A stretch of 64,000 bases of DNA from Cycas panzhihuaensis (GCA_023213395.1 CM041465.1:252223741-252287740); one strand, 5' to 3'; shown: positions 12,345 to 25,900, numbered from the stretch's first letter. Translations and numbers: made by a program. Notes: generated by a model not told the origin, from the letters alone.

Positions 12345-15300
12345 AAGACAACCTATAACTCATTGGAAGGTTACCCTAGTGTTCTTGAGACTAAATCATA
12401 TGGCCTTATAAGTAAATGTTTCCCACAAGGCTATGAAAGAGCTCTTGTGGTGATATTCGATTGTGATAAGAATCAAGTTGTACTTTGAAAACCCATCCAT
12501 AAGGGACAAGACCTCGGCGATAGTTTGATCGATGACCTAGTCAATGGAAGGAAAGGGAGGTTGCCTTTGTAAAAATCAATGCGGATGCATATCATTCCTA
12601 TTCTTTATGAGGATGGGGATGATATTAGCTACCCATTATGGATCATCAATTAGAGTGATAAAATTCACATTTAATTGTTTCATAACCGTACTTCAAGACT
12701 ATCCACAACTTGGCTATAATAGGTCACTACTTTTTGTCGCATTGCCACGACATCTTTCTTGGAGACAATGTTATTCATGATAATATCATGGTTGATTCTT
12801 TTCATGTCAAACTAGTGCCATGCAAACATGTCAAAATGTTTTTGAAGAGATTAGTGTAAGCATTGATCTCTTTAGGAGTGGTTTCAACGCCATTTTGGTA
12901 ATCATAGTATTTGACATTAGATCTAATATTATACTTATAGTTTCTCCCAGAGGATAGGGTTCTCTTCCTCAAAGTGTTTAAGAGATGAAGGAAGTGCTTG
13001 TTCCATAGACATAATTGTTGCATCACATTGTAGTGTCTAAATACCTCCTCTAGGATTGAGAACCTTTTCAAATCCTAGTTTATGGTGGCTAGGAGGAAGG
13101 TTGAACTTGCCAACCATGTGCTCCTGTGTGGCCTCGTCATTTTAAAATAATCCATTCCTTGGCCTAAAAGCCTAATCATATGGATGAGTTTGATTTTAGG
13201 TTTATCACGCGGTACTTCTATTGAGCAATAAGCACTCTAACCCTAACTTCCTCTAGGATAAAGAAAGTGTCCATCCCAAAGGACATAGAGTCTAGTCCTA
13301 TTTTGATTACTTTGTGGCCTTTGAAACAAGAGGGATGATGTTAGATCTACTTGAGGAGGCATTGGTTAGTTGAAGAATCCTCATAACTACATCTATGTAA
13401 CTTTTGTGAAGGAACTATAGCACAATGGAGTGTGGAAGCCACTTCTCCCATTTGTACTAACCATGGTCTTCAAGGAGAAGGTTGTAACCAATGTCTTGGC
13501 TTGTTATTGCTACTTAAGTGTTTACAATTTTTCCTTCTAAGGAGACAAAATTGTGGTTCTCCCAAAGGGTAATTTTTGTGTTATGCCATATTTTTGATAA
13601 ACCCAAGTGGTTAGTTGGAATTCCATTAACTAACTATAATAGGTATGATATTGATTGTAGTCCTAGAGTTAAATATGCATTTATTAACTCTTATATCTCC
13701 ATTTATGAAACTAATGTAGAATGGGAATTTTGTATTTCTCTCCTCTTCGGACTAGGAAGAGTGGAGGGGTTGAAGATGATCAAAGGCATAGAAGGGGTAT
13801 AGAGTGGTGCAACTAGAACCTCTAGGCAAATCTCCATATGGTTAGAAGATATCTTCATGATATCAAGTGGGGGCATGCTTGATGTGACTGATTATAACTC
13901 ATCTAAGATGGAATAAGGCCTACCGTTGGTAAGTTGCAGCAAAGGGCCCATAAAGGCAACTAATGTGTGTGGTAGGAAGAGACTTAAGAAGGATCATTAA
14001 TGGCCTCTCCTCATGTGTGGTTTACTCTATACTAGCCTCTTTGGCTTTGGCTTAAGATTAAGTCGTGACAAGAATTCCATTTTCATCAATTGCACTACAT
14101 GTGTGGAAAATTTTAACACCCATAACCTTAGATTTTTGTTTAGATTTAAGGGATGTGTTACCAATAGCTAGGCATTTCTGACAAGGCTAGTGAGATTTCC
14201 CCCCACTAGAAGGTGGGTATTCCTTGATGACAATACATGAAATATCCTTAGCTTTGGTCACTTTAGCTATATGAGCATTAGAATCCTAGCATTATTATGT
14301 CTAATTAAGCGGTGCAAGTGTTGTCTCCTTTTGGAAAAGAGGCGTGCAGTGTGAATTGATATTACTTAGTGTTACTAGATCCAAAAGGATGGTGCAACCA
14401 TTATCCCTTGTTAGGTAGTGATGAGGGTGGAACAAGGTGTTCATCCGCTCTTTCATGCATGATGATATTGATCACCTTTCCTTCATCCTTATTAGGGGAT
14501 TTTGAGCCAGATGGGAAAGTATCATGAGTTTAGGATTTTAGCTTAGCTTCCTACATCTGAGTATCACTGGATTTACCATCACTTGATTGTGATGTCTCAC
14601 TTTCTAAGGAAGGTCTCTCAAGCATATTCTTCTAAACTTTGTCCTTACCTTGTCCCATTTTCTTACTGTGATTAGGGAAATGATCCTTATAGATTGGTTG
14701 GATTTAGAGCTAAGCTTATAATGTCAGGCCTGATATTGGTCTAGGGCATGATAATCCTTAGTATTATGATAGTTTAGTGATACATGTACCACATGGAAGA
14801 GATTTAAGGAAATGGTTATCATTTTACTTTGGATGATCCTTCTTTGACTACTGAGTGAGCATTATGGTCTTTCTCCCTTGTGATTACTTTCCACCCTTTT
14901 ATGGCGGCTCACTATTTTTGGTCAACTCTAGCTTATTGAGTGTTGCTAGTGTCGTCTAGGTATTACATAGCCAAAGGTGAGAGAGTCTCATAGTTTATCT
15001 GATGGCCAAGTCCATTGGGTTCTTGAATTTAGAAGTGTTTCCTTTTTGGCATGTAGGGTTCAAAGGTTAGCGATCCTATATTGTATATTATGGGCACAGT
15101 ATAACTAAGCACTTACAGATTGCTTCCTCATAAGAGATAGGCTCGAACTTGAGGACCTCATAGTGCACCTCAAGTGAGGGCATTCGTGAAGAGGTTATAT
15201 AGTTAGTGACTAATAAAGTGTCATGCAACCATGGAATTTGAATCCAAGTCACCTTGTAAACATGGAGTTGGACTCATTTTTTCTTTTCATAAGAGCAAAC

Positions 15301-16290
15301 AAGGCTCTTTATAGAGTATGGTAGGGCTTAGCCATGCGAAAATATTTGATAAAATGGTCCATCGAATTGTTGAAATTTATGGGCATGCTATTTAAAGTAT
15401 ACAAAACCATTTCAAGGCTTCTTTATTAAGGGATCTAAGGAAGATTTCAAGATTACGACTACAAAGTACATGTATTAAACACAAGTCAAGGCATATACAT
15501 CGATGTGAGAAGCTAAGTTCAAATCCAAGTCCATCATCATACTCGAGGAGTTTTGACATGGGTTGTAGCGGCCCAACCATGGCTACCTCATACATGAGGG
15601 GAATCCTCATATAGTTAGCATAGGATTTCCACAAAGTAGTAAGCATTTTAATCCATCCCTGTTATTTATGAAGAGGTGTTCTAAGATGAATGGGATTTGT
15701 TATTCATTGCTAGAGTAGGTACTTAATTATTGGTACAAATGACAAGCGTTTGGGAAAGAGCAAGTCCATACCAAATTGCTAAGGTTGATAACAAGTATTA
15801 AGTCAATTTTAAGTGTAAGGAATTATGGCGAGTGGTGATGACATAAGATGCGGTGCAAGATGAGCATCGAAGTTGTTGATGCAATAATTACAACGTGTTG
15901 TGAGTAAGGCTAACATAGCTAGTGACCTATGGAAGGAGTATGATTGTGGGTATATGAAGTGCCCTTGTACCCAAATACTCAAGCTAACGTTGGCCACGCT
16001 AAGATGGTGTTTGAGGAACTTCTGTGAGTGGTGTAAAAGGTGCATGCTCATGTGTGTGCACTATGGATGTTGAACTTTGGAATGCCATCGAAGTGAGATG
16101 CCTTTGTGTTAACTTGCGAGGAGAATGTAGGGGAGTCATGTATTCCGGATCAAGAAGGAGAACTATCCTTAATACTAACCAAATATTCAATTTCAAATGG
16201 GATGGTAGGGAATAACTATCAATAGCTTGTGCACTAGATCAAAATGCACCTTATTAATTGAAGCCCCTTGCATGGAGCTCAATTTTATAC
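12345..16290 (-). mobile_element. Truncated, degenerate Ogre/Tat-like Ty3/gypsy gag-protease-RT (5' part)
   Basis: Gag FLRSLNKEALKWF (about 15400), pre-RT KNDEA..EHMVG, RT LSLMDGFSKYN and FSLKNTRVTFQ. RT is truncated near 12345. The motifs are shared with the element at 29493-48629. Confidence 0.8.
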
Positions 16291-16429
16291 TACTAACTCT
16301 ATAAGATGGAAGTATGACTTACGCATACATTAAGTTCTATATTGTGTTTAAGAGAGAACCTCAAATAATATTGATTTTGTAATAATGATATAGCTAATCA
16401 ATATCAAGAAAATAAACACGTGTTGGGCG

Positions 16430-17760
16430 AAATTGGTTACGCTTAAGTTGATATGTTTAATAATAAATTTAAAAAATTTGAAGGAAAAGATAAAGAGCGC
16501 GTAATATTGAATTGGAATTCAAATACATTGTGATTTGATTTAAACCGGGGCGTGGTTCATTATTGCTTTTCTTTGCTTTTTTGTTTTTGTTTTGACGGGA
16601 GGAGTGCTTTTTAAACAACGTTATTACATTTAGTATTATTTAATGGGGCCGAGTTGTGCAGAGGCCTCTGCTATTGAACAGCTAACAACTGGGGGCGTGG
16701 GCCGTGTTTGAAATGCGAATATGGCGAGTGTCCATTCTATTTGGGATTTTGTGTGTCTGGAACCATCTCCATTGTAGGCGGCAGGGCAGCTTCGTTGCAA
16801 ATCTCGGCACTCTTCAGCGTCTGGACTTGTGATCCGATTCCATTGTCACTGCTTCTGTTTTATTATGTAATCTCTCAATTCCACCCCACCCCTGTACAGA
16901 TTCATATCCATTTCTGCTATGGTTCCATTCCTGCCTCTCCTCACAACGATCTCGTCCACTCTCACCTCACGGAAAGCATTACCATCTCTGTTCTGCAACG
17001 ATCGATGGGCGGATTATTAGAATTAAAAGTCGTTCTCGTCTCCAAATTAGTGACAGACGGCTGGTGGAGGTGCAAGCCCTTTGGTCTGCAAATTGGTGAA
17101 ATTTGCGGAGAACTTCAAAAAGCCTTTAAATCTACAGCAATGAGACTTTTACCAGGTGCGAGGGTGTCCCTCTCTCTTCGCTTCTTATGCTTTGATTGAA
17201 AGGTTTGATGCATGTCAATAAAATGATCCATATAGATTATTTGATTTATCGACTTCTATTTTGTATGTGGAGATGCGATGGCCTATTCCCAGTCGTCGGT
17301 GATTTGGAGCGATTTGCTCTTTCGTCAGGTCCATATAAATTTTTCAACGTTTATTGGCAATTAAGCGGTTTTCCATTAATTTGGCAGCAGTCTGCTATTG
17401 ATAGTGCGTTTATGCAATTTTTCTCAAAGTCTGTCCGCCATTACGTGATTCTCTCCACTAATTTGCAACGGTCTACCGTTCATATGTTATATTTATGCAA
17501 TTAATTACATATAGACCTCCGCTCCTATATATCCTAATAAATTTGATATCCATTTAGTTCAACTGTATGTGTGATGATACGGATTTGCATTGTGTAGCTG
17601 CTCTGCGCCCATCTCATTCCATGTGTTTATAATCCCACAAAGCCAACTCCAAGAGAGCTTGGTCCCATCTTTCTTTAGGTGGGTAGTGCTCTTAACGCCA
17701 AAATAATTTGATCTCCTTTGTATTTTTATTGTATTTGAATCGCAATGCGCCTACTTAATG
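16430..17760 (+). promoter_or_regulatory. CpG-retaining non-repetitive island, candidate promoter / first exon of an unidentified transcript
   Basis: CpG-rich relative to the flanks; GGGGCGTGG twice (about 16547 and 16692), TGGGCC site-II-like motif, 14-bp palindrome at 16658-16671, candidate donor CAG|GTGCGA at about 17155. No recognisable protein. Confidence 0.45.
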
Positions 17761-19059
17761 TTGTGTGATCCCTGACACATAGGAGTCATAACAACCCCTT
17801 CTTACCATTAAGAACTTCAAAAATTGGATAATTATTTTTTACTGTTGTTGTTTTAATTTTTATTAAATTATTAATAATTTATAATAATAGATTGCTCATT
17901 TCTCTTCCTTAAACGATCCATCATTTACTTTAGATAGGCAAAAATTGGTTGATCATAATAGCCACAATTTTAGGAATTGAATTGGATTCAAATACTACTT
18001 TTAATTCTATAAACTTAACATATGTATTTGTTATTGTGTAGGTAAGATTGAAGTGGAGATTGGATAAAAACATTACGAGAATCATTTAATGCGATTGGAG
18101 CAAGGTTTTAAGTGAATTAAAGGAGATTATAATACATTTGTTTATTTATTTAGTAGACATTTTGGAGTTAGACACTCTGAGTAGCTCTTCTCTTATTTTT
18201 ATAAATGTATTGGTATAATATTATGTTTATTTAGGGAGGAGGGTGAGGAGGGGTTTGAATTTCTGTCTCAAGGAGAAATGTTTCTATTATGAAAATTAGC
18301 GCCCTACCAACTCCATTTATTTCATTCATATGTAAATATATTAATAAATTTTTTTTTTTCGGGAGGTTTCAAATTCCTTCCTTAGGGACTCAAGGATAAT
18401 TTATAATTTAGCATTCCTTTGGGACTTTTGAGGGTGTGTGTCTTGTTGATTGTTTTTGTGTGTTGGTCGATCATATTTGCACAATGTTTCTTTTCTTTTC
18501 TTTTTTATGAATACATTACTTCACATTCATCCCTGCACAATTTATTTTATTTAATCTTGTTGATGAGTTGAGATCTACATAATTTCTAAAAAATTAGCAT
18601 CTCATACAAAAAATTATGCTTTAAAAGTTTGAAAACATTTTAGATTTACTCTTTCTTGTTTAATAGCATCTATGTCAAAATATTCTTGATGACTCATAAA
18701 ATAATAGCATTTCAAATAATATAATATAACATTTCATTGCATTACAATTTTTATTTCCTATGTATACAACCCATTATATCGAATATTATATTATAATGCA
18801 ACACTTTAATAATAATTAAATTCAAAATTACATTTTATTTAGCAATAAAAATGTCCTTCTTTACTCCATTATTTTATTTTGATGTTCTTTATTTTCTTTA
18901 CTTAGATCTTACTTAGCATAATTCAAAATTTGTTGCTTTTATAATTATAAATATTTGTATTATTTGTTTTATTTCAATTTCATGTATTTACTATAACACA
19001 ACGTGATGGTTTATTTTTGCATTTATGTAATAAATTTTTAATATGTCATATTTATTTAG

Positions 19060-20004
19060 TATGTGCCAACTAATATATGTCTAGCTTTCCATATAGCATG
19101 TATCTTTTCATTCATATATATATATAGACACATACACACACACATGTATATATATACGAGATGCATATACTATATATTTATATTTATATCTATAATTTTA
19201 TACATACACATCTGTCTGTATATATATACATATGTAATGCATACTAATATATTTATATATTTATATCTATACTATAATTATATTTATATATTTATCATTA
19301 TATTTATGTTGATATTTATTCTTATACTTATGTTATCTAGTACTTCATACTTATACCTTATTTGTACCTTATATATTTTATCTTAATATTTCTATTCATA
19401 ATTATTCTTATATATTTATATTTAAGCTTATTTATAATAAATATGAAATAATTTATATAATAATATCTCTCTCTCTCTCTCTATGTATATATATATGTAC
19501 TCACATATATATCGTATTTGTGTGTGTAATGCAATGTATTGATATTTATGTAAGAAACATGAGCAGGAGACACACATAAATCACTATATATTATGAATAT
19601 ATACATATACATAAATATAGAAACACACATATAAATATATAAACACACGTATACTCATATTTATATTTATATTTATTGTTATACTTTATAGTTATACTTT
19701 ATGTTGATATTTATACTTATATTTATAATTAATATAAAATAATTTCTATCATATTATCACAGATAGATAATCTCTCTTTATATACACACACACACACACA
19801 CACATATCTATACATACACACGCATATACATACATATCTAAATATACATGCATAATTAATTTTATGTTAATACTTATTTATATTTATGTTTATTATTATA
19901 CATTACATTTATACTTTATATATTATGTTAATATTTATAATTATAATTATTCTTACATTTATATTTATACTTATAATAAATATAAATTAATTTATATCAT
20001 ATTA

Positions 20005-20038
<34 letters not shown>

Positions 20039-20083
20039 CATAAACACACATACACACATACATATATATATACAATTTTACAT

Positions 20084-20122
<39 letters not shown>

Positions 20123-20174
20123 AACATATACACATAGCATAAATGCATATATATGTCGATACACTAAATATATA
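19060..20174. repeat. AT-rich compound microsatellite field: (TA)n, (CA)n, (TC)n, in roughly 250-300 bp higher-order units
   Basis: A TAATAAATAT..ATAATTT..ATATTATC(TC)n-like block recurs at about 19436, 19730 and 19975. Confidence 0.9.
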
Positions 20175-20674
20175 NNNNNNNNNNNNNNNNNNNNNNNNNN
20201 NNNNNNNNNNNNNNNNNNNNNNNNNNNNNNNNNNNNNNNNNNNNNNNNNNNNNNNNNNNNNNNNNNNNNNNNNNNNNNNNNNNNNNNNNNNNNNNNNNNN
20301 NNNNNNNNNNNNNNNNNNNNNNNNNNNNNNNNNNNNNNNNNNNNNNNNNNNNNNNNNNNNNNNNNNNNNNNNNNNNNNNNNNNNNNNNNNNNNNNNNNNN
20401 NNNNNNNNNNNNNNNNNNNNNNNNNNNNNNNNNNNNNNNNNNNNNNNNNNNNNNNNNNNNNNNNNNNNNNNNNNNNNNNNNNNNNNNNNNNNNNNNNNNN
20501 NNNNNNNNNNNNNNNNNNNNNNNNNNNNNNNNNNNNNNNNNNNNNNNNNNNNNNNNNNNNNNNNNNNNNNNNNNNNNNNNNNNNNNNNNNNNNNNNNNNN
20601 NNNNNNNNNNNNNNNNNNNNNNNNNNNNNNNNNNNNNNNNNNNNNNNNNNNNNNNNNNNNNNNNNNNNNNNNNN
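20175..20674. other. Assembly gap (500 N)
   Basis: Run of N. Confidence 1.
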
Positions 20675-20699
20675 TACTTTTATGTGATCTATTAAACAA

Positions 20700-21747
20700 A
20701 TGTAATAGATTCTAACTAAAAGCAAAAAAGGAGAAAGGGGTGGATGGAGAGAGACGATGTGTACCTAGGAAGTGTAGTGGTTGATGAAGAACCTCACTTG
20801 TATACGCAATGGATGCCTCTCACACTATAGTTGGTATGTAACCAAAGGTTGGTATGTGAAAACAGAGGCTTCCTTACCTTCCACGTGACAGCCTAAAGAC
20901 AAAGCGGAGTGGGAAAAGCAAAAAGAAACGAGTAAATGTACCAAGAAACAAAGCAAGCATAAGAGAAAAGAAGGGTGAAGACTTACTAGGAGTCATACAT
21001 TCTTCCCTCTCTCTGAACGTTACTTCAGACTTGGATCCATAAGTGAGTCTTTCCTTTCAAGAAGAAGTTTGCAAGATACTATATAGGTAAACCTATATGA
21101 TATGAATGCCAAAATTTTATATTTTAAGTTAATGTGTTGGCTACTCCTAAAAATAATTCTACTTTCCTTAAGGTAAACCACGATGTACCAAGTAAGAAGG
21201 AAAGGGTAGCCTCATGATGGAAAAACCCTCATGCAAAAGGCTCTCACGTAACCTCAAAATATAGCAAAGTGAAGGTTATGCAAATGAGTCTATGAGCAGC
21301 AAATAAGCGTAAGGGGATGAATGATGTGGGATATAAGAGATGCTTAGATAACATAAAATCATTTATGGAGCAGGTGAATCACCATGCAAGCCTCATCAAG
21401 GTCCAAATAGATGATGGACAAGGTTAGGGGGCATAGAGAAGGTCCAAAAGAATGGTGTGTGCAAGCACAGGAATTAGCACGGCAAGGGCATGTATCTTGA
21501 TATCCGGTGAGCTTAGATTCCACCCACTCTAGTTAACTCAAGGAAAGCATGGGTGCAAGAGAGGAAGGAAGGAAGGGTTTGCCCTTGGGAGTAGGTCTAA
21601 CTAGGATGGATCCCACCTTACTCCCTTCACCCAATCCTTGTCAGCCCTCTCTTAAAGATTTCTTGAAGAAAACCAGTAGAGAAATGGGAAGGAAATCAAG
21701 GTATACAAAGCTAAACATAAGGAAAAGTAATCCTTTCTATAGCCAAA
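20700..21747 (-). mobile_element. Left part of a long Ogre/Tat-family LTR split by the CRM insertion
   Basis: Local similarity to 41341-41430 (CCCTTGGGAGTAGG..) and to 46930/47390 (GTGTACCTAGGAA, CCTCATGATGG). Continues at 28401. Confidence 0.55.
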
Positions 21748-22797
21748 TGATCTAGGAGGATCTACCATATGTTTACAGGATGCGGAAAATGCTAGGCATT
21801 TGCATAACTAAAAGAGATATGGCCAAATGGTATCAAAATTCTATGAAATTTTGTTTAAAGGGATAAGACACATCCAACTAGATGTGTACAAAAGGTGGGG
21901 TTCAGAAAATATCATTTGATTAGAGTTCAAGCCTTGTCTTTGCATAAAAATTAATCCCACAGCTAGCAGAAAAAAATAGAAAATATATATTATAATTATA
22001 TGAATAGAAACATGACCAAATAATATCCAAATGAGCTAAAATTTTGAGGAAGCGGAGGATACATGTGTTCCTATATGTGTACCAAATTTGAGTTGAATTA
22101 GAGTCCGTTAAGGTTAGTTACAAGCCACAACTTTTAAGAATTGCATGAAGGCCACTTGGACAGCAGAAAAACAACAAATACATATTATTATTAAATGAAT
22201 AAAAATGTATCCAAATGACATCCAAATGAGATAAAAATTTTAGGAAAATTTGAGGGGACATGCGTTCCTATCGTGTACCAAATTTGAGCTAAATTGGGTA
22301 TGTTAATATTGTTACAAGCTACAACATTTTAAGAATTGTATGAAGGCCACTTGGACAACATGCATTAGGGTGGTTAGTGGTTATACTTGCATGATTGCCA
22401 CTTGTTAAACATGCAATTCAGGTTTCTTTCTATAAATTGAGCCCTTCTGAGGTTGGAGAGGTGGTTCTTGGAGATGTGACTTGGGAAGCATCCTTGGAGA
22501 AGCATTTGGAGGGTTTGAAGGTCCCACTTATGGTATAATTGTAACATTTATTCCTTGTAATTTTACCATTCTTTTGCTAGTTGATTCTCCACCATTAAAT
22601 GAAGATTTTCATGGTTTAATAAAAGTATTACTCTCATACTTTTTGGATCAATATCAAGAATAATTTATTTGGTGTAAATTTTCCTTTCATGGGCTCATTA
22701 TTGTTTGATGTTATTGAGTTTTCTACACTAACTCCGGGATCTCAAGGAGGAAAGGTTGATAATTGATTTCTTCACCAACTAAGCTCTTTTGGGATCA
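21748..22797 (+). repeat. CRM 5' LTR (about 1050 bp) with internal ~190-bp tandem units
   Basis: Direct repeat of 27348-28395; TATA-like CTATAAAT at about 22430. Confidence 0.95.
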
Positions 22798-22930
22798 TAT
22801 TTTGGCATCGTAGCCTCACGATCTTTGTTGTAGGGACTTGAATGGTACAAAACAAGGAAGGATACAAGAGAAGGTGAAGACTTTCTTGTGTTGCAATCAC
22901 CAAGAAGACAAAGAAAGAATCCAAGCACCA

Positions 22931-25900
22931 TGGGTGAAAAGAAGATGGAGAAATTAGATTTGAAAGGCTTGAGAAAAAGCGTCGAAGCCTTGATGCAAAT
23001 GATGACCCACCTACCTCTAGTCAAAGGAAAAGGCAAAGAGAAGGAATTTGAAGGAGGATCACATATGACCACGACCATGAAGAGGAAGAGGAGGAGACCT
23101 TAAAGCACTCTTTTGAAGAAAGCAAGGGTACTTCATCTCATCAACCCTTCAAGGTGGAGGCAAGTTGGATATTCCAACTTATGATGGAGAGGTAAATGCT
23201 GAAAAGTTGGACCATTGGTTGGATCAACTTGAAACCTACTTCACAATCTATGCTTATAGTAATGCCCAAAGCTTTAGGTTGCTAGGCTCAAGTTGTGTAA
23301 ACATGCATTGACATGGTGGAATGCATATTTAAAGACTCATGATGTATCTTCTTTTTCATGGAGGGATTTTAAGAAAATAATAAAGAAGCAATTCTACCCC
23401 ATAGGTCATGAGGAAGACCAATGGGTCACTTGGCAATATTCGCCAAGGGAGAGGTGTAAGTGTCCAAGACTATACTTCTTTATTTTTTAGGCATGGCATC
23501 TTACTTGGTATTAATGGATGAACATGTCACTCTTATGAAATTCATTGGAGGATTACATGAATACATAAGGAAGGAACTAAGGCTTTTAAGGTTCAATCCA
23601 TTGGAGAAGCAAGTAGGATGGCTATGGCAATAGAAAGTAAAAGTAAGAAATCTACACTCATGTCTAAAGATTCTACTTTTACTTCTAATAAGTATGAAAA
23701 GAATCTAAATGGCACTCATCAAAAGGCAAGAAGAAAGAACTAATTTTGTTAAAAGTTCTAACTATTGTGAGCATTGTGATATTAGTGGTCATATTACAAA
23801 GTGTTGGAAGTTGCATCTAACTAAAGAAGCATATCGAGGATATGGAATTAAGAAAGAAGGAAAAGGGAAAGCACTACTTTACGAGGTGGAGATTCAAAGT
23901 GAAGGAGAAGAAGAGAAGGTCACTCTACTTACAAATTATGAAGATGATGCTACAAGGGAGGAACTATTTCACTTGAGCTTCAAGTGAAATAGTATGATTG
24001 GTGCCATTATAGATCAGGGAAGCAAAAGAATTTGATCTCAGAAAGTTTGGTAAAGAGCATTGGTTTAGTAACTACTCCTCACCCTCACCCATATCCTCTT
24101 GGTTGGATCCATAAAGATGTAGAAATGCAAATATCAAAACAATGTACACTTAAACTTTCCATCACTAATGATTTTGTTGATGAGGTAATATGTGATGTGG
24201 TGCCCTGGATGTATGCCATGTTGTGCTTGGAAGTCCCTACTTGTGGGCTCGAGCTGCACTCTTCTATCGAAGGAGAGAAAGTATCGATTGATGAAGGATA
24301 ACAAGGGCTTCATCATAAAGGCCACAAGGAAGCACGTGGATAAGATAGCATTAATTTAATTCTCAAGCAAAAGGATGATCAATGCATGTGGTAAATTTGT
24401 CATCTTAATGGTGAGGAGAAAAGAAGAGCGAGATGAAGAAGGTCCTTCTACTCACACTCTTCTTATATCACCTAAACAAATGCAACAAATTGAGGAGTTA
24501 AAGACAAGGTATGATATTCTATTTCAACATGTTGATGGGCTTCCACCAAAGACAAAGATAGAGCATGAAATCACTCTTGTAGGAGATGCACCATTACCTA
24601 ATGTTGCTTTGTATAGGCACTCCATTGTAGAAAATAATGAGATAAAGAGGCAAGTTGAGGAGTTAGCATTCGAGGGTCATAAGACCTTCATGTTCACCTT
24701 ATGGGTCACCAATTGTCTTGGTGCCTAAGAAGGATGGAGGATGGAGAATGTGTATAGATTTCCGTGCTTTGAATAAAATTACAATTAAAATCGCTACCCT
24801 TTACCTCGTATAGATGATTTGTGATCAAATTCAACATGTTTGTTATTTCACTAAATTGGATTTAAAAGTGGTTATCACCAAGTTAGGGTAAGGAGGAGGA
24901 CACATGGAAGACGGCCTTCAAAACAAAGCAAGGACTCTTTGAATGGATGGTTATGCCTTTGATTGTGTAATGCTCCTGCAACATTCATGAGGCTAATGAA
25001 TGAAATATTAAGGCCTTACTTGGATAATTTTGTTGTTGTCTATCTTGATGACATTTTGATTTTCGACAACACATGGGAGGGAACATTTGCGACACATAGA
25101 AGAAGTTTTAAAGACTATGGCTAAGCATCATTTGAAGCTTAATGTGAAGAAGTGTGAATTTGGCAAGGAGAACTTGATCTTCTTAGGCTTTGTGGTTGGA
25201 GGAGGAAAGTTGAGCATTGATCCACTCAAGACTCAAGCCATCCTCAAATGGCCTAGGCCAACAAACATCACGGTGAGAAGTTTTTTAGGAGCTTGTCAAT
25301 ACTTGAGAAAGTTCATTCTTTATTTCTCACAGGTTGCAGCACCTCTACATGGATTGACAAAATCTAGTAGAAAGTTTACTTGGGGTTCCAGAGAGGAAGA
25401 AGCCTTGCTTCTTTTAAAGAAGAAAATTTGTGAAAGCTCTTAGGTTTAGCGATGCCAAATTTGCAAAGGCCTTTTAGTAGAAGGCGATGCAAATGGAAAT
25501 GCGATGGGAGCTGTCCTTATTCAAGATGGGAAGCCTATTGCGTACCATTCGGAAGTATTCACCCCTCAAGTGAAGAACTACCCAACATATGATCGAGAAA
25601 TGTTCGCACTTCATCGAAACATGCAAGCATTGGAGGTCATACTTGCTCGGAAAAGAGGTTGTAGTTCATCTGGGTCATAAGCCTCTTCAATTTTTACAAA
25701 CTCAAAAGTAAATTACTGAAGCAAGGCGCATGAAGTGGATGAGTTATTTACAATAATTCAATATTGTAATTAAGTATAAAAGGGATCTAATAACAAAATT
25801 GCATATGTTATCTAGACCACATATTCCACTTCTTCTTCTACTTTGTTTGTAGTTCTCTTATGAGTTTGCGGTGGAACCAATGCATCATGAAGAGTACAAA

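Larger units (their letters stand above)
7413..13157 (+). repeat. Tandem segmental duplication, copy B (complete)
   Basis: Contains both blocks of copy A plus an extra ~2.3 kb (9470-11786). Confidence 0.95.

Noticed and set aside
16708-17504. ORFs of 163 and 102 aa as genes
   Set aside because: Non-ATG starts and no recognisable domain; splicing to the candidate exon at about 18042 hits stops in all frames.
17566-17780. Box C/D snoRNA (GTGATGA..CTGA with flanking TATGTG/CACATA stem)
   Set aside because: About 215 nt long, the stem register does not fit a K-turn, and no rRNA-complementary guide is recognisable.
19063-20725. Long ORFs in the track
   Set aside because: Artefacts of TA microsatellites and the N gap.
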